Origin: Podarcis tiliguerta
Lineage: Eukaryota
Length of the DNA: 64,000 nt
Assembly: GCA_965153285.1 (NCBI GenBank)
Contig: OZ229121.1
Strand: one strand, 5' to 3'
Shown here: piece after piece, positions 52,543 to 64,000 of the stretch
Layout of the letters: each line of letters opens with the position of its first letter
Numbering within the stretch: the stretch's first letter is position 1
Position numbers and translations under genes: made by a program
Notes under the pieces: model-generated
Seen by the model: only the letters and a program-made list of their open reading frames with translations
The model's database searches: none
What the model was told of the DNA's origin: nothing

Positions 52543-55500
52543 AACATTTAAAATGCCTGTTCCTAATTCTAATTCAGAAGTTTACAAAGTGGGGATGATC
52601 ACAATAACTCCACTCCAATGCTATTACTTGCTCCTGATACTGTCAAAAGAATACTGATTAGGGGTATTAAAATGCCACTAGTGTAACTCAGCTGCATATT
52701 TATATTTGCATATATATTAATTGAAATCATATTAGGCTATTTTCTCCTTTAACTATTTCAGTTTTATTGTTGCATGTAACTTCCTGTAACAAAAAAAAAA
52801 AGGCGATTTCCCATCCTGAAAATATTTTGAACGTTTTACATCCACCAGTCAGAACTGTTAGTCATACAGAGATGGTCAACACAAAAGTAGTGACTTTTTG
52901 CCTTCTTACACTCCTGCTCCCTCCTGCTCAGGGCTAGTAACCTAAGGAGATACTTTGGACTGTCTAGCTATTCTTAAAGTTCACACTTCATGCCATCTGT
53001 TTAAAATTCCTCCCGACTGCACCTCTTGCCACCATTTTACTAATTCAGTTTTCCATTCTTTCAGAAGGATAAAAATGAGTTTTTCAATCATCAGGTGCTT
53101 TGGGTAGTTTCCAATGAAATTATCCCCGAAGCACAAGGACCTCTGTCTGTGCAGTAAGACTTCCTCTCTTTCTCTCTTCTCCCCCACCCCAAGCTGTTCT
53201 GAGGGTTTTCCCAATCCTCCAGAGAAGATTTGAAGGAGGAGGGGGAGCAGCCCTGTGGAACAGGTAGAGGCCATTGTGCTAATGGGACAATGATAAAATC
53301 CTCTGTCCTTTAATTATCAAGTTCTTTTTTATAAAACAAAACCCTAAAGAATAACATTATAGAGCCATTCACAGCTGAAGCAGACATATATGCTGCCATG
53401 ATCTCTAGTCAGACAATTTCTGCAGGCCTGTAAATTGCTTTGAGGAGAAAACAAACATTTTGGTTTCTTGTAGCTGTTTTGCTCTGGTTGTATGCAAATT
53501 GTATCTGCAATTGTGATATTATATAAAATTAAAAAGGACACCTGAATCTGTAACAGATATAAATGTTGTAATAAAGGGAACATCATTTTTGCTGCTCCAT
53601 CTAAATGATTTGTACATAGTTCAGGGTTAATTTCTTAAAATAAAACATCCAAGAGGAAAATTATGTCATTTTCTTTTTCCTTCCTGAGTGATCTGAGATA
53701 GATATTTGATTTGTTGTTTTCTGGCTTTACAGTTTTCAAAGAGACAGATCTGTTGCTTGATTTATGTGCACAGATTTTCAAATTCACTCATAGCAACCTG
53801 ACACGCCATGAGTACCCAGTTATTTATGTATAAATAAATATGACGTAAGAAGCTTATGTTTTACTCCACAAAAGGCAATGCATATACCAAACTGAGACAG
53901 GTCAAAACAGTGTACGTCATTTCATACAACATCTTTTTATATATAATGGTAGAACACTTAAGGAGCTGAAGTGCAAAGCTAATCAAAGGAAGGAGCAGTT
54001 CTCCCACTAGCAGACCACTGATCGGGGGAAGACCAATGCAACTTCCACTTTATCGAAACTCGTGACAACCGCCAGGCAGGTATGCACCAGCCTCATTAAC
54101 ATCCAGATCCAGAAATCCACAAGCATTTCAATAGACCTTGTGTATGAGCTCAGCAACCACAAATAATTGGTTTTGCAGCAGGTTAAACTGTGATCACTTC
54201 TATCCTTGCCAACTACTGCATCAGGGCCATAGGCTTCTTTGGTATTAAGCAGTACAGCCAAAGTGTATTTTACACGAATAATGTTTCTATTTTAGTTGCT
54301 TCCTATGAAAGTGTAATATCTTTGTTTCAAATAAGGGTATGATTAACAAATATGTCATGGAACATTCTGCTTTGGCCTGTAATTAATGCTTATAATAATC
54401 TACCCAAAGTTTCTTATGAATCCACTGAAGCCAAAAAGAAACCACTGAGGGGGAGACAAGCCAATAGTGTAATAGTATTTTCCTGGCTTGGAGCATAAAA
54501 CTTGTAATTAACCATGAAGCTCATCCAGCAAAGGATGGCATGTATTTTGAAATCCACTAGATTCTTTGGCTTAGATGTTGTTCTGTGAAGGTATGGTTTA
54601 TTTGGAATTTTAATCCCAGTTCATACTGATTACCCAGGTTTGACTTAGGGGACACACAAATACCCCCCCCCCAATACATTTCCCAACAATTTGCCCAATT
54701 AACTTGCTTTCACCCCAAACACTGTTTAAGATATTCAGGCAATTAGTTTAGATAAATTTCCCAGGGAGGTGAGTTGCAAGAGGATAAAGGGCCTTTGGAA
54801 ATATGTTTATCTGCAACTCCTAGCAAGTGATTTCAGGATAAATAATTGCATTTAGAGAGGCTATAGAACTGCACCCTCTCTATTTCTACCTACTGTCTGG
54901 CTCCAGGCAACAAAGAGTTCTACACTGTGCAGTAGCTGCCAACTACACCTCTGTGTGTCTCTGCTGACCCTATTGTGACAATTCTTAAAGGAGGAGACTC
55001 AGTTCAGCTTCTGGCTGCCTCATACATGCAAAACAACTGCATTTTCTTTCAATGGAAGCATGCACAGGATTGTATGGAATGGCTTCTGTGTAAACCAGCT
55101 TCTACTGGGATACAGCCTGCAGCAGCTATCTCTGTGACTGCAGTGGTTGTAAAAGCTGCCCCATTCTTAGAAATGGCAGGTGCAAGTAATATCAGCACAC
55201 AGTCCTTTGAGGAATATATGGAATTTGATATGCAAAGTAGCTTTGGTGCTTTATTAAAATGTTCATTAAATCTATTCAGAGTGGTAACTGAGAAGGAATT
55301 TGCTTTAAAACAAAATTAAACTTGGCACAATTTACACTGAAATTTAACAGAGGTATATCTTTAATCAGTATAAATTTATTGAATGGAAGAACTTGGCTGT
55401 TTCCCCAGTTGTTGGGGTTTTTGTGTGTGTGTACATTACGATAGAAAACTGTATGGAAGAGAGACTGCCTTAAGGTATTATATGCAGCATATGTATTGCC

Positions 55501-56123
55501 TTCATATTCAGGCAGTGTTAGATCTGTACAACTGTTTATGCCATGTTACTTTCTCTCCCAAGAGTGCCACAGTGGTCTGCCAGCACTCCTTGTTTCTGCA
55601 CTCCTACAGAAAAAAAAAGCAGAACAGAGAGTAACAAGGGACAAGAAGAAGTGCAAAATGTGTCTTAATGGAATTAGACACAAAAATACAAGCAAGTGGG
55701 GGCTACCTGTAACTATGTAGTCTGCTGGTAACAAGCAAAATACTCATAATAAAAGTTTTATTTGTCAGGTTATTTCTTATTGGCATATTTGTCATGCCAC
55801 AAAAAATGTGAAGTTGCTTCGACTTAGCACTCCCCGAAGGCCTGCTTAGATGCAAGGTATGATTATCTGCTGATGAAGCAACACAGACTTCATTTTTTTC
55901 CACCAAAATATTCAATTGCACTCATACACTACAAGTGTTTTGCAGATATCAATAACTAACCATAGTGTGTGATAGAGCCCTTTTTAAACCACTTAAGGAA
56001 ATCCTGCAGTTTTGCATATCCACATGGACTCAATAAATATACAGCAAAATCCTTAGCAGACTTTGAAAGCTGAGCGAAGCAACCATGCGTTCATTTCAAC
56101 AGGTGCAAGCAACACATCCTCAC

Positions 56124-56204
56124 CTTGAGATTGGGTTTTGACAGTAGTTTCAACAATTCTCTGATCTCACTGTTTAGTGGTTTGCTCTGCAGCTCTTCAG
56201 CCAG
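56124..56204 (-). CDS. MPP7: MPP7 exon, L27C ([27 protein letters not shown])
   Basis: gcag|CTG ... AAG|gtgagg, 81 nt. Confidence 0.97.
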
Positions 56205-58101
56205 CTGCAAAGGGGATTGAAGTGACACAAAGAACATTAGCAAGAGCATTGTTTTACTCAGCGTGTCAATGACAACCAGGAATCAATCCTGTTCAAGGTT
56301 ATTACTTTCCAGTGTGTTCAGCATGAAGAAAAACAGACTATCAATCATTACTCTTCATTTTCTGGCCCTTATGCTAAATTCTGGCCAGGTCTTTCAACTG
56401 AGTTTGACTAAAGTAATCATATCTGGCACCAGCACACCCAGATCACATTCTGATTTATAGCAATGAGGGCAAATCCCTGCACTTGATCTGAGTGAATGGT
56501 CCTTTGCATGCAGACAAAGGGCTGCTTGTAAAAATGACTGGATCTAACATTGACACTGTCTATAAAAAACAGCTTCTGAATGAAGTGGAGAAATCCACAC
56601 TGCTTCCAAATTGCCACAGTAGCTATTCTGTTTAGGGCTGGGATAGGGAAGCAGAGTGCCCATATAGTGCTAGTATTTTCAACTTTATCATGTTTACATA
56701 CACAGGACAAGTAGCTTGTTAAATGTCAGACAAGTTAATCACAGGAACATGGCTTGTATTAGGTTCCCAGATATAAACGCATTCTAAAGGCTGAAATATC
56801 ACCTTCAATAAGAAACCCAATCATATATGGGCTATATCACAAAACACTACCCTGAAAATACAACAGGTTAATCAAAAGCCAGGATTACTCAACTCATCTG
56901 AAAATTAGTTTTAGGCTTAACATGTTATGCCTGCTAGAGGATTAGAACAGAGATGGGGAATCTAACCCTCCAGATGTTGCTGGGCTATGATTCCCTTCAT
57001 TCCTGACCACTAGTCATGCTGGCTGGGGTGATGGGAGTTGGATTCTAAAATCATCTTGAAGTCTACAGGTTCTCCATCCGTGATTTTGAATAAAGGAAAC
57101 AAGGACAAATTACGGGGTACATTTTAAGTTCTCGGGAGAGAGTCTCTCAGTCTGAAACATTCTTGTTCTGAATTTTGCAACACCTCACAATGATGGAACA
57201 TCCAGCAACAGTGAAAGTGAATCTGCAAAATTGTGTTTATATCTCTACTGGCCTGAATAGATTCTGTGTATGAGTGCCGTTACCTACAAGAAATTACAAT
57301 GGGCAACCACACAGACCATCAATGAATTCTCTATCGATTGTTTACAAAAAAACTGTACTGTACCAAATATTGCCCTTGAGTGTGCTCCCACTGTGTCAAG
57401 CATGCATGAGTTTCACTTAAATCAGTTTAACTTACTTTTCATTCTGCCTACCTCAAGCTCTGTCATAGTTTATACAGGTGTGCACACAATTCATCAGGGT
57501 TGTAGAATTCACCATATAATGCAGAAAAGGCAGGCTTGATTTTTATTAATAAAAATTATAGTAGCAGGAAATTAAATACTCTATCAATGCCAACCCGTCT
57601 AGATTTTAGTTTTTAGTTATGAAAGTAATTTGGAAAGCTTTAATATATATAAATCTCTGCTTCTTTTTTAAACAGCTATTTTCTGACAACCCCTTCCTAT
57701 ATCTTTCATAAGCCTCATTTCTTTTAGTATTATCAGTCATTTTTCTTATTCTGTCAGCACTTCAGCTATATCATTTATCTTTATTTTTAGAAAACATTCC
57801 TCTTTACTATGACTCTCATAACACACCAGAAGCTAACAGCTTCACCTTCACTGTAGATTTCTAACCTACCATTTTTCTTTTGTGGTACCAAGGCTGAACA
57901 AGAGTCTATCTAGATGCTGTGTTATTATAAAAGAAACATGTCTAATAAAAATCAAAACAACATTAGCAATCCTGTGATGACAAATCGCTGGAAACCTTTG
58001 CACACCCAGCTCACACGGTCCCATTCATATACTGATTCTATACTCTGCTTTCAGACAGTTTGGGGAAATATGGTGCCAATGGTCTCATCAGGGACACTTA
58101 C

Positions 58102-58179
58102 ATCATCTGCCAAGGCTGATGCGCCATGCAACATGGGCACAGGGCTCTGTTTTTCATAGTAATGCAGTTTTTCATGGAT
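58102..58179 (-). CDS. MPP7: MPP7 exon, L27N end ([26 protein letters not shown]); most 5' coding exon in the window
   Basis: ctag|ATC ... GAT|gtaagt, 78 nt. Confidence 0.97.
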
Positions 58180-59327
58180 CTAGGAGATAATGGAAGAAAG
58201 AAGTTTACTTAGCAGTAGAAGTAGAGTCTGACAACATAAGTTGGCAAGTTAAACATTTGCAAAGAAACAAACTTACGGAAGCATTTAGCAGTGAACATGT
58301 AGATATAATTCATCATCAGCTTCTAGTGAAGCACTGAGAGTATGAAGTCAGATGGAAAAAATGTTGAGTATGTAGACAAACCCACAGAAAAGTTAAACAT
58401 TTGCTATTCCTTTCCCTCTTTTAGGTTTTCTGGACTTATATTTCTCACATATTTCCTTCCTTATCATTTACGTCTTTTCTTTCAATCCATATGCCCCAAT
58501 CCGTTTTTAAGCCAACTCAAAAATGTAGCCATCACCACACCTTAAGGCAACAATATCTATTAATTCATTATCGATTGTATGAAACAGTACTCCCTTTACC
58601 TGTTTGAAGCAAAATTTCATTGTATAACCCCAATTTTTTTCCTTATCATAAAGACAATCTTAAGAGTGCAATCCTATGCATGTTTACTCAGAAGCAAGTC
58701 CTACTGTTTTCAATGGAGCCTAATCTCAGGTATATATGTATAAGATTTCATCCTTAATATATTCAGCTGGCTGCCACCAGTGGGGACAACAGATATACCA
58801 TTGCTGGATTATAGTTATAGTAGCACTCAGCACTTCCATCTTCCCATTGTTGCCTTCTATATATTTTACACCAGCACTTTATACTTAAGGACTTGCGATT
58901 TAAAAGAAATAAAAAATAATTCACATTTATTCATTTTCAATAAACATAGAGTCAAAACTATATGCATAAAATATCTCTGTAGAAAATTCTAAAGATAATT
59001 AATAAAAATTACATTCTGATAAACAAATGAGAATAAAAAGTACTTGTAATGTATCAACACTTCAGATCTTGGCATCTTATGTAATTGTTTATTGCCATCC
59101 CTTGACTGAAGTGGTGGAATTAGCACTTTGTTCTGTTTGCATTTTTGTTTACAATAGTATAATAAAACAAAACACAACAGACAGGTACATATAAAACACA
59201 GTATTTTAAAACTGTCAACTACCTGGCTATACAAAATAAGCAAACATAAAAATGTCTTCATTAACCATACCATCAAAGCTACACGGGGCAAGTTGTTCTA
59301 TTAAAAACACAGTGCACTTAATGTGTA

Positions 59328-59558
59328 CATTGGAACCTCGGGTTTCGAACGTAATCTGTTCTGGAAGACCGTTCGACCTCTGAAACGTTAAAAAACCGTG
59401 GATCAGTGGGCGGTTGGCAAAATCCATTGAAAAATACGCAGCAGAAGCGTTTAACTTCCAAGGCACATTTGAAAATGAAAGCAATTATTTCTGGGTTTTT
59501 GGCATTCAGGTTCCGAATTGTTCGGCCTCCGGGACACTCGAAAACCAACGTTCCACTG
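59328..59558. mobile_element. Tc1/mariner MITE
   Basis: TA|ca(t)tggaac...gttccactg|TA. Confidence 0.8.
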
Positions 59559-62500
59559 TACTAGAAACAAGGTCTTAGTGTTACAGGTCCAGTTCTCTGG
59601 AATCAATAACCAGCTGAAATCAGACAGGTGCCTAGAGTGATTATGTTTCGGTGCTTACTGAAAACATTTTTTAAAGGAAATTTTTTCTTGAGGTTTACTC
59701 AAGTCTTCTATGGAAGATCAATTTTATATCTGATGAAACTCTTTCATTGTCTTTAAAGTCTATATGGATGGTTTAATTGTTTTAGTTTGTTGCACTGATT
59801 TTATTATTCTTAGAACATGTGTGCCTATGTTTTATTTGATTTTAAATGCCATGACACCTGTGAGTATCAGGTTGGCAATCCCTGAACTAGTATGGAGTAG
59901 ACCTTTATCAAGGAAACAAAGGGCGGGCTGTATTTCTGCAGTAATGTAAAGAGAGAAGCAACACAACTGAAGCTTGAATCAAATTCTCTGGAGGGAATGG
60001 TATCTTTCAAGGTTGTTGAACTGGTATTCTGAACTTTCTGGATTAACCAGGTACCATGAGGACTTCTTCCACTTGCTGCTCCAATATCTTCAGGACAACC
60101 CTAGATAACAGCTGGAAGGAGGGGAGGCATATACCAGCACTTTCAATCCTTTTTGTTGCTAGCTAAGAATTTTCATCCTCAGCCTAAAGACATCTAGACA
60201 TTGAGAAGAAAAGTATGGGCCATTTTCCTGAAGCAAATGTAAGTCAGGATCCCCAAAGCAACAACCTCAAGTGAAGCATCTACTGGCATCTTTCAAAATT
60301 TGTCTGCTCAACTAGTGAGCTACCTTGTCTCTCTCCACTGACATATTCTGACAACATTTTTCCCCCCTGCTCAATTAAAACCTTGCATGCCTTTTAGTGA
60401 AGTCACAGGTCTCATGCCTTCCTGTCTGTTCATATACACTTTTGTAGATACATTGCTGATATGGATCAGTATATCCTTGTTCTTGTTGTATTCTTGAAAT
60501 CTGAATGATCTCAGCTCCAGACAGGTGATGGAACTCCTTGCACTGTGTTGCAATCTACAAAAACCCATCATTAAGACAGAAAAAATAACTCTCCACTTGC
60601 AGCAGACATCAAGCCACAGGACTTGGAGAAAAGGAGGAGTCATAAATAAACCCTGGTAATTTAGCAAGTCAAAGTTTGCAGACTCTGGGTTAAGGATCTG
60701 TGAGGAGGCGTAGCATCACTGACTCCCTTCCCCACTACTCCCTCCAAATCTTCACCAGACTATACCATAATTAAAACTTATGGTAGCACAAAACTTAACC
60801 GCAGTTAATTCTAACCAAGGTTTACTATTAATCTTGATTTGAAGCTAGGGTATGAAACGACTTTGAAATTCTAGTTAGCCACGGTTAAAAGGTCAGTAAA
60901 ATAATTGTACTAACCTTTCACTTTCAACATTAACTAAGAATTATTAACTTTAGTACTGTACCATGTTTCAATATGCAAAATGCATATTTAGTTTTATTAC
61001 TATTTGATTCTGCCTTCTGCTTCAATATATTTGCTTTACTTACCAACAGTAGATGCAGACAAAGAATATATTTCAAGATCCAAATTAATAGGAAAGTACT
61101 AGAATGCAGAAAGGCATTATACTTTTGCCCATTTGAACAGAATAGTTTAAATATGGGCTATAAACCCCCCTTACTCATCGCACAGTTTCTTTTCCTTTCC
61201 TTTTTTTATATTTCTGAAAGCAACTTTATACTTTGACTTCTTTGTTCCTCACACAACACAATAAAGCAACTATTATTTGAAATTTCAGAGACTTCATTCA
61301 AGTGTACTTTTTTGTTCAGTAAGGAAAGGTTTTGATGACTTTGCTTATAGGAAGAGGTCCCCTTAGTGGGTAGAGGAAATTCACTTTAAAGCCAAACAAG
61401 TCACCCTTCCTCCAAGATAAATTTCCCTGCCCCTTTTTGAGCCAAACTCCCTGCTCAGCTACTGCAGAAAGAATGTCCAAAATTGGATGAGGTTTTGTTG
61501 CGCACTTCAAGCTCAAGTTTCTTAGAACTTGTACACTCTTCAGGACATTTCGAAAGCTGAATTAATCTCTTCTATTTGAGATGAGAACATGACGCTTTAG
61601 CAATAAACCTATTTTTATACATGCACTGTACACAGAACATTACTAAACCTTGTCTCCTTTAAAGCCCGAGGTCCCTCAAGAGATCTTCAGTAAAACTATA
61701 TTTTTGTTGTTTTTAGTTTTAAAAAAATGAATTTGCTTGAAGACTTCTTCCCTCTTGGAGTACACTGATTCCTTCCATACACACTATTATTGACATAGCA
61801 TCAAAGCTAAAAATGAATTCTATTTGACTTTTTAACCTTGAAACTTGCACACAAAGGTGCTTTCAACAGCAGCCTGAAGCACACCCATTATGTTATCCTT
61901 TATTCTAGGTTACAGCAGATTACTTCTACAATCTCCATTTCAATGAAATCTACAATTGGCTTCACATCGCAATGCTATTTATGTTTGGTCATTAGCAGCA
62001 ATCATTAGAAGATGAGGAGCAAATGTGAACCTATGGCTGCAATGCATTATGTGTGTGAGAGAGAAGGAGGTGATATATACTTGTCTGCAACAACCTTTAT
62101 CTGTGAAACCAAGAGCTACTGGTTTTGTAAAGTGGCCATAACTGGAGAACAAAGGTGCAATACTATAAACATTAATCCAAATTAATTAAACAATCCAAAT
62201 GCTAAAAGTGTGTTGAAAAATTCTCTGTCTCTCTCTCTCTGTTTGCCTGTGTGTAGTTTACTACAGCTTAAAAGTAGTTACAATTATTTTAACTAGTATC
62301 TCACTTTCAAAAACAATGCACAATTTTTGTACAATTTTCAATCCAGCAACTTTATGCTTAAACATTCCTATTTGAAACAGGATGATTTTTTTTCTTAAAT
62401 GGCAATTTGGCACACACCAATGGCAGACATAGCCAACTCCTCAAATAATATAAGGCCATATAAAAGGTGGTGTGCCTATTGCATCACATTCAGAAAGGGG

Positions 62501-63119
62501 TGTGTGTGTAAAACGTAACAATTAAAAAACATGTGCATGTAAAATACAGAATTCCACCAAAGAGATTTTACAATTTCCAGTTCTTCAGCCCCTTGTTAGA
62601 TGTTAAAACAGAGAACAGACACCACATGTACAGTGCAAACATATCAAAAGTTGACTCAAATGTAAGTTCCATGGATATGAATGTTACTTATTCCCAGAAA
62701 ACTAGGTACAGGATTGCAGCCTCATGCCACAATTGGCAGCTGAATTAGATTTCTGTTTGAAGATAACTACTAACGACACTGTGCCATCTGCACAGCAAAC
62801 ATGTTCCACAAATTAGTAGCTATTTTAAAACATTGTGGTTAAGAAAATTTTGTTAACAAGAATGTCAACTATAAATTAAGAGAACATAAACATGAGAGCC
62901 ACATACTTATAACTCAAAACATAGACCAAGTGAAGAGGTCTGTATCTTAAAGATGGTGTGGTGCACTAGATATAGATATGTAAAGATACATAAGCTACTC
63001 TGACAGCCTTTTTTGGCTAAAGTTATACATGTCGTAAATGAATAAATAAATTGTCCTTGTACTTCCCTGTATCTTCTTATGCCCACGCATAAAGTCAACA
63101 GCAGTTTCACTCCCCGATA

Positions 63120-63361
63120 CAGTCGTACCTTGGAAGCTTGAATGGAATCTGTTCCAGAAGTCAGTTTGACTTCCAAAACATTCGGAAACCAAGGTGCAGC
63201 TTCTGATTGGCTGCTGGAAGCTCCTGCAGCCAATCAGAAGCCACACCGGATATTCGGGTTCCAAAGAATGGTCGCAAACCAGAACACTCACTTTCAGGTT
63301 TGCGGCATTTGGGAGCCAAAATGTTTGACTCACAAGGCGGTTGTCCATCAAGGTATGACTG
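63120..63361. mobile_element. Tc1/mariner MITE with internal palindrome
   Basis: TA|cagtcgtaccttg ... caaggtatgactg|TA; internal gcttctgattggctgc / gcagccaatcagaagc. Confidence 0.85.
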
Positions 63362-64000
63362 TATAAGTATCTTTCCAGGGTTACAATCTAATTCTTTGAA
63401 GGCAACAACCAGAGAGCAAATGAATGTATATCTTTGGAAGTAGGAAGTGTTCTATTCAAATTGGAGGTCACAGAAATGCTTGATGCTGCAGCACTGAAGA
63501 AGCTAAGCAAGTATTAATTAATCTGATCCATCCCTTGAATGGGAAACCACTGGCAGCCGCATCCAAGAACAAAATAAACTTTTTTTAAAAGTCATCTTTT
63601 ATCTTTTTGTTCTCTGAGGAATCACAGAAATAAGTTTTTCAATGCCCATATTCACTGTCAAGTATTAATGATATAAAGGTTGGACTTTGCTTAGCCTTCA
63701 GATGAACCCATGTTTACAATATCTAAGAGAAGAAAAGTGAGCCACGATCAAAGAACTGGGATTTGTATATTATCAGTAGATGTCTATTGAAAAATGTGCA
63801 TATTACCCTTTTGAAAAATCATTTCTCCTTAAAGGATGAAGCATTCTCCATTCCTATTTCTTTTTGGCTGCATTGCTGCTTCTCTTTGGAACTCTCCCAG
63901 CAGCAACTTGGGAGTTGGCTAAAGCTACAGCTGATCCAAAAATATTTTTCTAGATTTTTAACATTTCTGCCACTGATGGATTCCGGGGAATCACCAGAAA

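Noticed and set aside
54007-54261. 84-aa minus-strand ORF with a U1-like 'atacctgcctggc' start
   Set aside because: Similarity to U1 snRNA ends after about 13 nt; the ORF has no recognisable homology
58271-58340. Strong minus-strand donor CC|GTAAGT 97 nt upstream of the IHEK exon, with nearby ATGs
   Set aside because: The ATGs are out of phase with the next exon and the in-phase frame has stops; no support beyond the motif
58180-64000. N-terminal MPP7 coding exons (MPAL.../GLYELLAAL...)
   Set aside because: Not found in this interval; presumed to lie beyond the window

Overview
Vertebrate genomic DNA from a squamate, probably a lacertid lizard (inferred from Sauria SINEs and a lizard-type MITE/CR1/RTE landscape). 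The minus strand of ~21.6-58.2 kb holds the 3' part of MPP7 (MAGUK p55 family; L27-PDZ-SH3-HOOK-GK). I reconstructed 14 constitutive coding exons with GT-AG borders and matching phases (1575 nt = 524 aa + stop); the N-terminal ~52 aa lie beyond the right edge. The main result is a cluster of frame-preserving microexons (21, 12 and 42 nt, plus a possible 30-nt exon) in the 12-kb HOOK-region intron. They are absent from the canonical human MPP7 protein but mirror the MPP4/MPP3 HOOK inserts. The 12- and 42-nt exons create a TAG stop unless the 21-nt exon is included first. At the left end is a CpG island with two RFX X-boxes next to a FOXJ1-type site, a motile-cilia promoter signature that fits ODAD2/ARMC4, the syntenic downstream neighbour of MPP7. 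The rest is intronic or intergenic: SINEs, LINE fragments, a solo LTR, many MITEs and microsatellites. Repeat family names come from recognition, not database search.
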